The position numbers and the translations under genes were made by a program. Source: Andalucia godoyi And28 (lineage: Eukaryota > Protista > Jakobida). Taken from it: a stretch of 64,000 bases of DNA. Positions 24,372 to 36,113 of the stretch are shown one piece after another. Every line of letters starts with the position of its first letter. Position 1 is the stretch's first letter. The stretch covers positions 177,097 through 241,096 of the forward strand of contig VRVR01000030.1 in the NCBI GenBank assembly GCA_009859145.1, given 5' to 3'. Under the pieces are notes generated by a model. That model was not told the DNA's origin, made no database searches, and worked only from the letters and a program-made list of their open reading frames with translations.

Positions 24372-25791
24372 GCGAAACTAAAAAAACAAAAGAGAAATGG
24401 CGGACTGTGGTTAGTGAAAAAAGAAGGAAAAGAGCTTGATCAGTCGCGGTCTCGAGGATGGGCGGGACTGTGAAGTTCGTTCAGGAAATTCGGGAAATTC
24501 CCCGGTGTTTTTCTGTGACACCTCGGTGCCATGCGTACCTTCGACTATGTCAAGGACTATACCCGGACGTTGCCGCAGGTTCGATGAGCAGAATGAAACT
24601 GTAAATGATTCTTCAACAACCGAGAATCATCATGTTTTTGTTTAATTTAGAAGGAACTGCAATTCTGTTTTCCAAGGTGACATTCCGCAAGCACGTGATT
24701 ATTCTCATTCCTGGATTCCCCGTCGTATGAAGAAGACAGTGGTCCAGGACAGCGGGAGAATGGAAAGAAGGCTTTTTGAAAAAAAGAACTGTGCGCAAAT
24801 CTGAAAGCAAAGAATCAAAAGGAAGTGGATGTCGAGACCGAAAATGGCGAACGGAACGCTCCGTCAACGAAGTGCCATTGGATTGGATTCGGAGCGACGT
24901 CGTTCGAAGACAATACTAGGACCAATTTTTGCTGGCTTCGCTTTGCATTTCAAGGAAATAGTGTAGGCCAGCGATAGAAAATCATCTTCCCAACCAAATC
25001 ATTTTCATTTGCATGGCTGTTTGTGTGGTTTTTTCTTTCTGGCATGGACTTGAAAAGCGCAGTAAAGCAGCTGTAGCGAATCGAAAAGGAGACTTCCAAA
25101 AAAGGCTTGGACAGTAAAAGCGGTGATAAGGGTTGGTTGATGAACCATCAACCACGCCCGACAGTCTGCCCACACCCGCGAACCCAGTCGAAAAAATCCC
25201 CCGTTTTCCAAAACATCGATTTCCACTGGGCGTTCGAAATTCCACATTGTTTTCCCTCTTCTCTTTTTTCCTTCATTTATATCAAATTTCATTTTCACTA
25301 CATTCTGACAGCAGTAATTTCAAGAACATTTGCTTCATTGTGTTTCCAGACACAGTCGTTTCTCTTTTACTCTCCTATTCTCCTTACTCCTCCTGAAGGA
25401 ATATATACCCTCTTGTTTCCTTGATCCTTGTGGACAAGGTGACACTCCTTGTTTCTGTGGCTTGTTTTTCCCCTTACGTCATTGTATATTTTTATTGATA
25501 GTCTCTTGGTTCTTCGTGCCTTTCTTTTTTTTTCTGATTGTTTTGGATCTGGGAGGTTATTCCTGCCATGTAATCAGTTTTCGCTTTCACTTCGCTCCTA
25601 TTTAATATTATTATTATTATATATATCATTGCTTCCTTCCTTCTTTCTCTTTTCTCTTCTTGAATATTTTTTGTTTCGTTTTTTTTTTCGCTGTATTGTT
25701 CTCCGGATTCTCAATTTCCGACAATCCATACGTTTTATCGTTGCTCCTTTTTTCGGCTTCACAATTTTAATCAGTATCTAATTTATTCACG

Positions 25792-26625
25792 ATGTCTGCA
25801 ACCTATCTTTCTGGACATCCGACGCGCTTTGGTGCGAATCGTCGCGCTCCGGAACCGCTGCCTCTTGTTTCAAACTCCGGGCCCTCCGCATTCTATGGCT
25901 CCTCATCCCAAATGCTCGTTTCTCACTGTCTAGATGCTTCTCTGGAAGAGGAGGAAGTCCTTTCTGATGATTGCGGAACGTCATCGTCCGTGTGTTCTTC
26001 TGGATCGTCAAGCACAACATCTTCACGCACTTCGTCCTTGGTATGCCAATCGTTTCTCCCAGCCTCAAGCAGTACTTCAGTGAAGGGACCGGTTCTCGGG
26101 TCCGGAGGATCAGCCGGCACATACAATTCTGCGGTGGGGTTGCCGTCTTCTCCTAAAAACTCAGCAATGTTGCTTCAAGCACAGACACAGACGATGATCG
26201 CCCAGGCTGTTGATACGGGGAAGGAGGCCCCAATTACTGCAAAAGAACTGGAAGCCATATCAAAAAGCCCCTTATATAAGACAGAAATATGTCGTAACTG
26301 GCAAGAACGTGGTTCATGCTCGCTGGGTATCCGATGTTTGTTTGCACATGGAGATCATGAGTTGAGACCCAAGGAACGGCACAAGAAGTATAAGACACAG
26401 CTCTGCAAGTTCTATCATGCACAGGGATACTGTTCGTACGGAACTCGTTGCTGCTTCACTCATGAACCTTGTCCATTGTTTCCTTGCACGTCTGCATCTG
26501 CTGGAGCGCAGGTTAGAGGGTTCATCGTGGTTTGCGTTCCAAATCGCCTTTGTTGCTTCAAGCACATGACACAATCGTCTTCTGCAGAAGAAACAGAACG
26601 GAACAATGCATCAAGCATTGAATAA
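25792..26625 (+). CDS. Tandem CCCH zinc-finger RNA-binding protein (tristetraprolin/ZFP36-like)
   Basis: YKTEICRNW..GSCSLGIRCLFAHG and YKTQLCKFY..GYCSYGTRCCFTH. The 3' end may be spliced differently. Confidence 0.88.
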   Translation: MSATYLSGHPTRFGANRRAPEPLPLVSNSGPSAFYGSSSQMLVSHCLDASLEEEEVLSDDCGTSSSVCSSGSSSTTSSRTSSLVCQSFLPASSSTSVKGPVLGSGGSAGTYNSAVGLPSSPKNSAMLLQAQTQTMIAQAVDTGKEAPITAKELEAISKSPLYKTEICRNWQERGSCSLGIRCLFAHGDHELRPKERHKKYKTQLCKFYHAQGYCSYGTRCCFTHEPCPLFPCTSASAGAQVRGFIVVCVPNRLCCFKHMTQSSSAEETERNNASSIE

Positions 26626-27471
26626 TATTAGCCGATATACAAGCAAAATCATTTATCCCCTCCTTCGTTCGTAAAATTATGATTTATGTTTACCGTTGCT
26701 CATTTTTGCTTTCTCAAAACATTTGAAGTTATAAAACTTGCAAATTCACTTCATAAACACGTGATATAAGAACACATGGGATGAACATAATCTAATAGCC
26801 AAACATGAAGGCCATCAAGAGATGACGGCAAATCTCCCGGACGAAGGCCAGTCAAGTGCCAACAAAAAAAAATGTCGAAAGGCAGTAAAGACGGCCGCAT
26901 GAGGACAGAGAGACAATCGACCACACTTGCGTGTTGACGCTCAGAAACAGAAGTCTGGAAAACCAGACAATGCAACGATGCCGCCAAAACTCTGCCATCA
27001 AGCCGAGGAATACCAGAACTGCTTTTTCTTCTAGAGGAAAGATCCGGCTGCTGCTTACAACGTGTGCTCAACCGCTATCCGAGCGGTCAACCGGGCTCCT
27101 TTGATATCCTACGAGGAACTCCGATTTATGTCAGGTTTCGTGCACAGGTCGATCATCTTCTTGCGGTATCTTCATCATGTGTTTACGAAGTCACTCTGAC
27201 GAGGAGTTATCAAGTTTCGCAGCAGACACTCTGGAACATGAGCTCACTTTTTCTCACTGGCATTCAGTACCGTTAAATGGTCCGAAAACAGGAATGTTAA
27301 TCTGTGCAAAAGCCAAGCCAAAATGAAGAAATGTCAGTCACCGCAAATGTTGTTAAAATGTACTGTTTACAGGAACGAAATAAGGAAACAAAAAGCAGCA
27401 ATTTACCAAAACGAAAGTTAAATGCGACACTTAGGAGTTGCTCAAACAGACACCCAAACGCAGACAGACAA

Positions 27472-27710
27472 TGTTGAGTAACAGTGTCTGAACTGACTTG
27501 TAGTCAACTGCATTTGACGTACGTATGACGTACGTATGACGTATTTAATGACGTATGAGGTTATAGGAGAGATGTGCTCTGAGTTCGTATTTAAGGAGCT
27601 GTTCGTTTATTTGTTTGTTTGTCTGTTTTCGTTTTCTCACTATAATAAATCACACACAAAACTATCTTTTATTATCCCTGGTTATATCTTTAACAGGACA
27701 TGCTACAATA
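27472..27710 (+). repeat. 5' LTR of copia element
   Basis: Starts TGTTGAG and aligns with 30682-30908. Immediately followed by the PBS. Confidence 0.9.
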
Positions 27711-27721
27711 GGTTATGAGAC
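27711..27721 (+). promoter_or_regulatory. Primer-binding site, internal (half) tRNAiMet type
   Basis: GGTTATGAGAC directly after the LTR. Nearly complementary to the anticodon region GGGCUCAUAACC used by copia-type elements. Confidence 0.7.
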
Positions 27722-30681
27722 TGTTCGCGAGTATGAATCAACAAGATACTGTCGAAAAGTTCGGAGGTGATGACTATCACCTGTCCAGCGTGAAGCTGAA
27801 GATGTTGTTGATGCCTCAGGGATTGTGGGACGTTGTGGTGTGCGACAAACTACAACCGCAGGATAGTCAGAGGGCATGTAAGGCGTTAGGAATAATGGGA
27901 ATGGCTCTCAAGGATAGTGTCTTGGTTGGCATGGGGTTTCACGCAATCGAAACGCCAAGGGAAGCGTGGGACAAGCTGGCGATGACGTACGGGAAGAAAT
28001 CGACTGTACGCAAGTTGCTGTCGAGACAGCAGTTACAGCAGGTGGTTATGCAAGAGGGAGAAGATGTGCAGAAGTACATCGCGAAGGTCAACGGTTTGGT
28101 TGATGAGTTGTCTCTTGCAGGAGTGGCAATATCAAGTGAGGATGTAGTCGCAAAAATGCTGCTGGGGTTGCCTAAGTCGTGGTCGTCACTGGTGGCAGCA
28201 TGACCAAATATGCCAGAGGAACAACTGACGAAGGAGTACATCATACAGCGGTCGGAGTATGGGCAACAGAAGACGATGCAGGGTGGCATCGGTGAGGTTG
28301 CCATGATCTTTCAAGTGAAGAAAGTGTGGAACAACAAGAAAAAGAAGTTTAAAGAGCGTTGTTTCAACTGCAACAAGATCGGTCACAAGAAGCAGGAGTG
28401 CCCAAAGGAAAAGGACAGCAAGGAGAGAGCGGAAGTGTCTAAGGCACTGGTGTCAGATGCTGGAAGCTCTGATGATGCATACGTCTTTCTGACGGATTCA
28501 GTGTCACAAGATGCGAATTGGGTTGTGGACTCTGGTGCTTCGGAACACATGTTCAAAAATAAAGAGGATTTTTGCACTTACGAAGTTGTGCAGGGTAGAT
28601 CGGTCAGAATGGTGGATGGAAAAGCCACGAAAATAGTTGGTAGTGGATGTGTCGAGTTGTTGTTGCGAGATGGTGAAAAGATGCGCAAGGTCGTGTTGAA
28701 TAGTGTCTTACAAATTTGTTGTCGGTAGCCCGTTTAATGGACCGTGGATACCGAACAATGTTCGAAGAAGGAAAATGCAAGATTGTGGATGCTGAAGGAG
28801 GCATTGTATGTTCTGCACCAGTGAGTTGTGGCATTGTGCGTCTTAAATGTTCGTCTGCTCGTGCATTCGCGGTGGCAAACGGAAGTACGAATACAGAATT
28901 GTGGCACCGTTGCATGGGCCACATTGCTCCGTCGGCAATCTTGCAAATGAAAACTCGTGAGATGGTGGCAGGTCTGGGCACTGCTCACATTGAAAAGGAG
29001 ATGAGTTTTTGCGAAGCATGTCTGGAAGGTAAGCAGCATGCAGCAAATGTTCCCAGAGCGGCTGATCACAGTGGCGTTCGTGATGTTCTGGACCTGGTCC
29101 ACTCAGAGGTTGTCGGTCCAATGTCCATAGCAACGTACTCGGGATAGCGATACTATATGGAGTTTGTGGATGACTATTCTCGGATGATATGGATTTATGC
29201 ATTAAGGGCCAAGAGTGAGGTGATCGTTAGGTTCAAGGAGTTCAAGGCAATGGTGGGACTCAGACCGGGCGGAAGATCAAGATTTTCAGGTCAGACAACG
29301 GAGGTGAATATGAGTCCGAGGAGTTCAACAAGCTGTTGAGGGAAGCAGGCATTGTGCACCAGAGGTCGGCGCCGTTCACACCGCAACAAAACGGAGTGGT
29401 AGAACGCCGCAATCGTTCGGTAATGGAGATGGTAAGAGCAATGTTGCAGCATGCACGGCTGGACAAGTTATTCTGGTTTGATGCAGTCGCAACTGCAGTG
29501 CATGTGAAGAATCGCTGTCCAAATGCTGCTCTCGGATACAAGACTCCCGCGGAACAGTTCAATGGATCGAAACCGGATGTGAGTCATTTCAGGCTGTTCG
29601 GATGCGATGCATGTGTCTTACTTGAGGATGGGTCGCAAACCAAGTTGGACAGTAAGGTCAAGAAAGGAGTGGTTACTGGCTTTCTATATGACAATGGAGT
29701 AAAAGGATATCGAATCAACGATCAAGGGACTGGTAGGATTGTTGTCAGTCGGAATGTGCAGTTCAATGAGACAAGTATGTGTGCTACTAACGCGCATGGA
29801 ACGGGCGAGGATGAAACTAGACGTTGGTGCTACCTGAGGAAAACGTTGAAGATGGCGAGTTGCAAGTCAGTGAGAATCCAGTATCGGGACAAGTGGGAGC
29901 ATTGACCCTGCGTCGTTCAACAAGAGTTCGTCGTGCAAATTCAAACTGGTGGGAAACCGATGCGAGTGCAAACACGGTTGATACTGAACCCAGTTCTGTT
30001 GGCGATGCATTAGCAAGTGCGGATTCTGCAAATTGGATGGAAGCCATACGTACGGAAATGGATTCGATTCGGAAGAACGATGTATACGAGTTGAATGAGT
30101 TGCCTCAGTGTGGAAAGGCAATCGGATGTCGATGGATTTTTCGGACCAAGAAGGATGCTAACGGGAATGTGGAACGGTACAAGGCGCGACTGGTTGCAAG
30201 TGGATATGGTCAGAATCCCGGAATTGATTTTACAGAAGCGTTTGCACCAGTGGCGAAGTTCAGCAGTATTCGAACAATATTGGCAATAGCAGCACTGGAA
30301 CGGTTTGAAGTGCATCAAATGGATGTGAAGACAGCATTTCTGAACGGGAATTTGGAAGAGGAGGTTTTTATGGAACAATCAGATGGAACGATCGAAAAGG
30401 GCAAGGAAAAACTCGTGTGGATACTGAAGAAATTGGAATGGAGAACTGTGGCACAGTTAGCACTCCTATGGAAGGGCAGGACAATCAAAATGGACCGAAT
30501 TCAGTGGATTCAGGACTTTATCGTCAAGCTGTTGGATGTCTAATGTACCTGATGGTAGGAACTCGTCCAGACATTGCGTTTTCTGTCAGTTATGTGAGCA
30601 GATTCTTGGAATCTCCAATGGCAGAACACCGGACAACAGTCAAACGGATTATGCGTCACTTGGCAGGTACTGTGAAACCTG
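27715..30681 (+). pseudogene. Disrupted gag-pol of copia element
   Basis: Several frameshifts and stops split gag-pol into at least six ORFs. The RT core (YVDD region) is absent, and RNase H and the PPT are absent before the 3' LTR. Confidence 0.9.
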
Positions 30682-30908
30682 TGTTGAGTAACAGTGTCTG
30701 AACTGACTACATTCAACTGCATTTGACGTACTTATGACGTATTCAATGACGTATGAGGTTATAAGAGAGAAGTGCTCTGAGTTCGTATTTCAGGAGCTAT
30801 TTGTTTATTTGTTTGTTTGTCTGTTTTCGTTTTCTCACTATAATAAATCACACACAAAACTATCTTTTATTATCCCTGGTTATATCTTTGACTGGATATG
30901 TTACAGTA
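30682..30908 (+). repeat. 3' LTR of copia element
   Basis: Direct repeat of 27472-27710 with about 15 substitutions and 2 indels counted by eye. Confidence 0.9.
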
Positions 30909-31260
30909 ATGTGCCCATTCTTCCGCGATGTGCGAATTCCGAATTCGGAACGCCGATAGACTGGCTTTCACATTATAAAAACTGTTTCAGAAGTGAACGG
31001 GTTCACTCTCTTCTCCACGCAAACTGATCGATGACGATGTGTCATTCTCAAGCTGGTCGCGTGAAATTCTTTCAAGTATCCTCACCCTGGACTACTGTGT
31101 TTGGGCTCGATTTCTTCTCTCGACCTCCGTTGCTCTCTCCATTACTAGTTTCTCGTCGATATTAGCATTTAGATTCTCGTGTTCTGGATGCATTTCTCTC
31201 CAAATATCTCTTTCCGAGGCGCGGAATGTTATGATACGTCGTCTTTCGGAGTTGATCCGA

Positions 31261-31600
31261 GCATCCGGTCCGTCAAGTCAGCGGCTGACCAATTTGTGTA
31301 TGAACATCGAGCAAATATTATTCCGGAAGTCAGTTTATCTACTCAATACGGGACGCGATGTTCCTACCGTAGCAGGTCCAGAATTTTTTCATTCCTCACT
31401 TTTCTCTCTTTCATTCTATTATTCTTTCTGTTTGTTTTATGTCTTTCATAACCGAACCCTCAAGCAAGCACCTTTCATCCAGGACAAGACACATATTTCA
31501 TGGCTCCAAAGAGGGGTCTTCCGGAAAAACGCAAACCGGCCATGCCCGAAGATACGGAGAACCGAGAAACCCGTTGATCCCCTCTCGTCGGAGGCGGAGA
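31261..31600 (+). repeat. Dispersed duplicated segment (copy 1), containing an intron-like T-rich tract
   Basis: Aligns with the reverse complement of 57526-57848, e.g. CATGGCTCCAAA.AGGGGTCTTCC and GTTGATCCCCTCTCGTCGGAGGC. Confidence 0.8.
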
Positions 31601-32697
31601 GCAAGAAGAAGCGATGAACCTCTGATGTAGAGCAATCAGCATTGAAGAGCTGGTGCTCGCCCCCAAATCAAAAACAAAACATGTGGCTTTGGATCTGTCT
31701 TCGGTGACAGCTTACCCGGTGATGATCAACAGTGATTCATGTCCTGGCGAGCGGTTACTGTCCCGACGACCGTCTTCTCCACCCTAAGACGAAATCCCCA
31801 TGAAATGAAAAAAAAAGCTTCAGTCGGCAGTGATTTCGAAGCATTGCAGCGTGCTCAATCTACAAGTCGTTATCTGCTGAATGCAGTCCCTTCATGCAGT
31901 CAAGGCAGAGTCACCGATGTTCTGCAAGCTCGCACATAAAGGGCTTCAGCAGTCATGTGTCTATTCAACAATTGTTCACAAAAAACAAAACACAAAAAAC
32001 AAAAACAGCAACAAACCAATAAAAACCCGCTAGACTGCAGGTCACTCCAAATTTGACAACGTGACAACGTACACAGCTTCAATTTGACAGTGAAATGCGG
32101 GTGTTTTTGCTCAGTGAGCGGTTTCAAGGATAATATGATATGAAACCGAGAAATCAGAATGAACAACTGCTACAAGAAATGCAGCTTGCTGATTGACGGC
32201 AAACACAGATATATCGCAAATTCTGCATCACGTAAGAAAAATCCCAGGACTGTGAAATGAAGTCAGATAACATACTTCTGAATGCTGAGAACTGCATCTT
32301 CATAGACACAAAGAATGACAAACCAACACGATTGAAACAGAGTTTTCAGCAACAGAGAATCATGAAAATAGATCTCTTCCACCAAGCCGCTAGTGCGAGG
32401 TTGAATATCCGTGCGCACTATGTCAACTAGATTCATTACGGTCTCCGTATCGTGTTGCCTCTCGGACAAAAGAAATCATGCTTCGAAAGCTTTCTTTTTC
32501 TTCCCAAGCAAAAACGAAAAGCAGCATTTCGCTTGGCCAGCTTCGAACAGTCGCAATATGTCGACATCCATCCGTTAAGTCCACGGATGCATTTCTGCCT
32601 TGCTCTGCATTCTCCGTGCTTTTTGATTTGAATTCACGATTGAATTCCGCACCCTACATTTCTCAAAGACCCTAGTTGCAAAAAAGCTTGACTGACA

Positions 32698-35600
32698 ATG
32701 AACACAGATGCGCGCCATTTTTATGAAGATAGGTTGCAGACCGTCGTGTTGAATCTCACCAACGTGTTTGAAGCTCTGCAGAAAGACCCCGTCATTGATG
32801 CGATGCAGAAAGACTCTGCATCTGCCGTGCACATCTCTGACAGATGTGCTGAAGTCCTTAAAGAGTTTCTTCATTCCGAAGAAGAATCCCTGATTCAACA
32901 GCTTCAAATGCAGTTGCATCATCGCGATTCTGAGCTTGACAAGTTGCATGCTGATGTATCGAAATCGCAGTCCATCATCGAGAGTCTTGAGCAACAGTTG
33001 TCTGCATGCGGAGAACTAGCGAGGGAGCGCAGCGGTATCTTGCAGAAGGAGAGTAGACTCGCAGAAGAGGTAGCCGCATTGTCACACGAAAATGAACTTC
33101 TCCGCGATGAATTGGAAAAGGCCATTGACGGTTTGCAAGGTTCATCTGTGATTTCCACAAGCTTAAAAGAACTTCGTTCATCTCTTAAAGTGGAACGAAA
33201 GAAAAGAGGAAAATTAGAGGGCTCAGTGGAAGAGCTGAAGTCTGAGAAACGAGAGATGAAGAACAAGCTTAAGGAAATGCATATTTCTGGAAAACGTCTC
33301 GAGGAAAGGCACAGTCGTGCGCAGGAGCTGCTTGTTCAGTTATGTGAATCTGCTGAACTGACGATTGAAAATAGAAGGCTTACTGTGGATGATAAGTTTT
33401 CTCAATTTCTTGCAGAAATATTCTCGTCGGATGGATTTGTTCTTCGCAGCATGGTAACTTTGGATCCAGACATTCCTAGATCAGATGCCATGCGTTTTCA
33501 ACAAAGAATTTCCGATATCTCCAACTCTTGGCAATCTATGTGGAATGGCGTTTGCAAATCGCTATCTCTTGAGGTGTCTCGCGATGCTACATCCAAGTCT
33601 GATCTTGAGAAGATCAGGTTCTTGGAAGACGAGGTTTCTCGTCTTGAGATCTTGGTCTCCAAGCTTCACAGCAAAGTTGCAAAGTACAAACAAAAATCAA
33701 TATCCGCAGGAGCGCCTTCCTTTGCGGCGAACTCTTCTCTTGATATTGTGGACTCGGTGTTGTCCGCCATTGACAGGAAGCGAAGTTCTGAAGTAGATGC
33801 AGAGAGAGAGTATTTACATTCTGTTGTGCAAACCGTGGATTCAATGCGCCATGAGATCCAACGATTAACGAATGCACATTCAATGGAATCGAAGCAAAAA
33901 GATGAGGAGTTGTCAAAATGCAATGAACAATGCAAAACACTTGCGGAAACTCTCGAGATGTCACAGCAGCGAGCATCACAGTTCGAAAAAGACTTACAAA
34001 ACATGTCTTCGTCAAAGGAGTTGATCCGCAAAGAGCTGGAGAATGTTGTTTCAAAGTCTGAAGAGCTGTCTGACAAGTATTTGACAGTTGCCAGGAGATT
34101 CGATGATTCGCAGACCCGCTGCAAGGTTTTGGAACAGAAATGCAAATCACTGGAATCACAGTTGTCCGAATCGAGCACTCGACTGTCTTCTTCAGAAGAA
34201 GAAGTTCTGCGTGTTCAGAAGGCCTCTAGAGACGCTGAGAGAACTGTTTCTCAACTTGAGCGCCAGATCGAAATGATGAAGACTGTTTCCCAGGAAAATA
34301 TGAAACGATCCGAAAAAGAAAAAGACCGAGTAGAAGAAGAACTTCGAAACATTCAGTCTGATCTTTCCGAAAGACTTCGCAAATCCCAGCAGTCGAAGGA
34401 AGACACTCAGCGAAGCTGGGAAGAAGATGCCAACTCTTGGAGACGTGCGATGGCAGAAACGGCCGAGCGACATCAAAGCGAGACGAATTCGCTTCAAGAA
34501 AGATATCTCAGTGAGATCCAAAAGCTTCGATCGACGTATGATGCGCAAATCTTGAAGTGGCGCCAGCAAGCGGAGGCGGCCCAAGATGAGAATTTTACTC
34601 TTCAACAGGAGCTGACACTGGTTCGTCGTCCCAGCAACACCGGAAAGCGTCCGAGTTTGCGCAAGGAAAATGTGGCACTTGTTCGCCGGCAGTTGAATGC
34701 ATTTCGAGACGAATTGCTCTCGATTCGCCGTGAAATGGTGTCTTTTGTTAACCGTTCCCAGAAATATGCACAAGATATACTTACATCCATCCTCAAGCGG
34801 TTTGAAAATGAAATTACTTCGGAGAAAGTGAACATCCAGTCAGACCTGCGAGTCCAGAGGATGAAACTGGAGGATGAATTCATGGTGTCTCAAAGAGAAT
34901 CTGAAAGGATTTTCTCGGAGAAGGTCTCCAGACTTGAAATCAAACTGAAGAAGGAGTACGAAGACATGGCGAGGATAGTCCAAGATGATGTTCATATTCG
35001 AGAAACGCAATTTGAAAAGGAGCTTGCCAACCAGAAAGCTCTCGCAAAAAGACTGGAGAATGATGTCAAGAACGTCTCGGATCAACTGCAAAAAAGTGAA
35101 CAACGAAACGCGTCGCTAGAGTCAGATCGATCCGAAATTGAAGAAAAGCACGCAACTGAGCGCATTCGTCTGGAGAGCAGGAATCGCATCCTCCAGGACA
35201 ACTACAACAACGTGTTATTCGCTCTAGAAGAAATGGCTGATCTAGCAGGAGGAGTACAGAATGATGACACATGGAAGCAGTTTGTAGCCAGTTTACGAAT
35301 GGAGGGCAAGATTGAAAAACAAACGCAGTATCGTGGGTTGCCTTCTTCAGTGCAATCAAAATTTCGCCAGTCCCGCGAGTCTGCAGCCGAGCTCGAGGAG
35401 TTGAGAAAGCGAGTACCGGAGCAAGAATCGATCATTTCCCAGTTAGAGCATCAAATCAGTGCCAAATCTCTGGAACTTTCTGTACAAAAATCTGATTACA
35501 ATCTTCTGGAAACTGAGGTCGAGGGCTCGAAAAAAGCGGGTAAGATACTGAAAGACACCGAAGGTATTCTCAGGCAGCAGCTCGAAATGGAACAGTCGGA

Positions 35601-36069
35601 CTCCAAGAGGAAAATCTTGGCGCTTGAGGGAACCATATCGACCTTGAAATCCGCATTGGAAAAGATCGAGAGGGACTACCAGGAACTGACCGAGTCCCAT
35701 AAGAGACGCATAGAGGAGGATGGAATGCTGCTTCGAGCGTTGCGAAAGCGGCTGGACGAAAAGGAGCAGGCTCTTGCAAATGAAGAACAGTCTAAGGAAG
35801 AGCTCTTGAATCGGGCATCAGTTACTCAACAGGAGAATGCACAGCTGAAAGGCCAACTCGATATGCACTTGTCGACTTCAGAACCGCCGTCGACTGCCAC
35901 AACGCCAAATAGCAAATCTTTGGATGATATCGCTGTGAAGTTATCATCGAAGCTTCGCAGGCTTTCTTCAGGCCCCCAGCTTTCTTCGTCGACCAAAGAC
36001 TTCCTGCGGAAGTCAGGAAGTTCTCCAACAGGAAGCTCCTCGGATTTCCGTTCAAGTTCCCACCTGTGA
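32698..36069 (+). CDS. Large coiled-coil protein, unknown function
   Basis: 1123-aa uninterrupted ORF rich in E/K/L/Q/R heptad-like sequence. Confidence 0.85.
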   Translation: MNTDARHFYEDRLQTVVLNLTNVFEALQKDPVIDAMQKDSASAVHISDRCAEVLKEFLHSEEESLIQQLQMQLHHRDSELDKLHADVSKSQSIIESLEQQLSACGELARERSGILQKESRLAEEVAALSHENELLRDELEKAIDGLQGSSVISTSLKELRSSLKVERKKRGKLEGSVEELKSEKREMKNKLKEMHISGKRLEERHSRAQELLVQLCESAELTIENRRLTVDDKFSQFLAEIFSSDGFVLRSMVTLDPDIPRSDAMRFQQRISDISNSWQSMWNGVCKSLSLEVSRDATSKSDLEKIRFLEDEVSRLEILVSKLHSKVAKYKQKSISAGAPSFAANSSLDIVDSVLSAIDRKRSSEVDAEREYLHSVVQTVDSMRHEIQRLTNAHSMESKQKDEELSKCNEQCKTLAETLEMSQQRASQFEKDLQNMSSSKELIRKELENVVSKSEELSDKYLTVARRFDDSQTRCKVLEQKCKSLESQLSESSTRLSSSEEEVLRVQKASRDAERTVSQLERQIEMMKTVSQENMKRSEKEKDRVEEELRNIQSDLSERLRKSQQSKEDTQRSWEEDANSWRRAMAETAERHQSETNSLQERYLSEIQKLRSTYDAQILKWRQQAEAAQDENFTLQQELTLVRRPSNTGKRPSLRKENVALVRRQLNAFRDELLSIRREMVSFVNRSQKYAQDILTSILKRFENEITSEKVNIQSDLRVQRMKLEDEFMVSQRESERIFSEKVSRLEIKLKKEYEDMARIVQDDVHIRETQFEKELANQKALAKRLENDVKNVSDQLQKSEQRNASLESDRSEIEEKHATERIRLESRNRILQDNYNNVLFALEEMADLAGGVQNDDTWKQFVASLRMEGKIEKQTQYRGLPSSVQSKFRQSRESAAELEELRKRVPEQESIISQLEHQISAKSLELSVQKSDYNLLETEVEGSKKAGKILKDTEGILRQQLEMEQSDSKRKILALEGTISTLKSALEKIERDYQELTESHKRRIEEDGMLLRALRKRLDEKEQALANEEQSKEELLNRASVTQQENAQLKGQLDMHLSTSEPPSTATTPNSKSLDDIAVKLSSKLRRLSSGPQLSSSTKDFLRKSGSSPTGSSSDFRSSSHL

Positions 36070-36113
36070 TACTCGACGCAGTAGCGTTGGCATGCATCGT
36101 GACCCCAGATAAA

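Larger units (their letters stand above)
27472..30908 (+). mobile_element. Degenerate Ty1/copia LTR retrotransposon
   Basis: Paired direct LTRs enclose gag, zinc knuckle CFNCNKIGHKKQEC, protease VVDSGASEHM, integrase (LWHRCMGH, CEAC, FVDDYSR) and RT (YKARLVASG, HQMDVKTAFLNG), in copia order. Confidence 0.95.

Noticed and set aside
26640-27470. Degenerate coding-like sequence left of the copia element, and similar at 31600-32480
   Set aside because: Frames are interrupted by stops with no identifiable domain, so they cannot be called as pseudogenes of anything specific.
27511-27560. CRISPR-like or other repeat-spacer array
   Set aside because: Only short 11-nt tandem units within an LTR. No repeat-spacer array was seen anywhere in the window.
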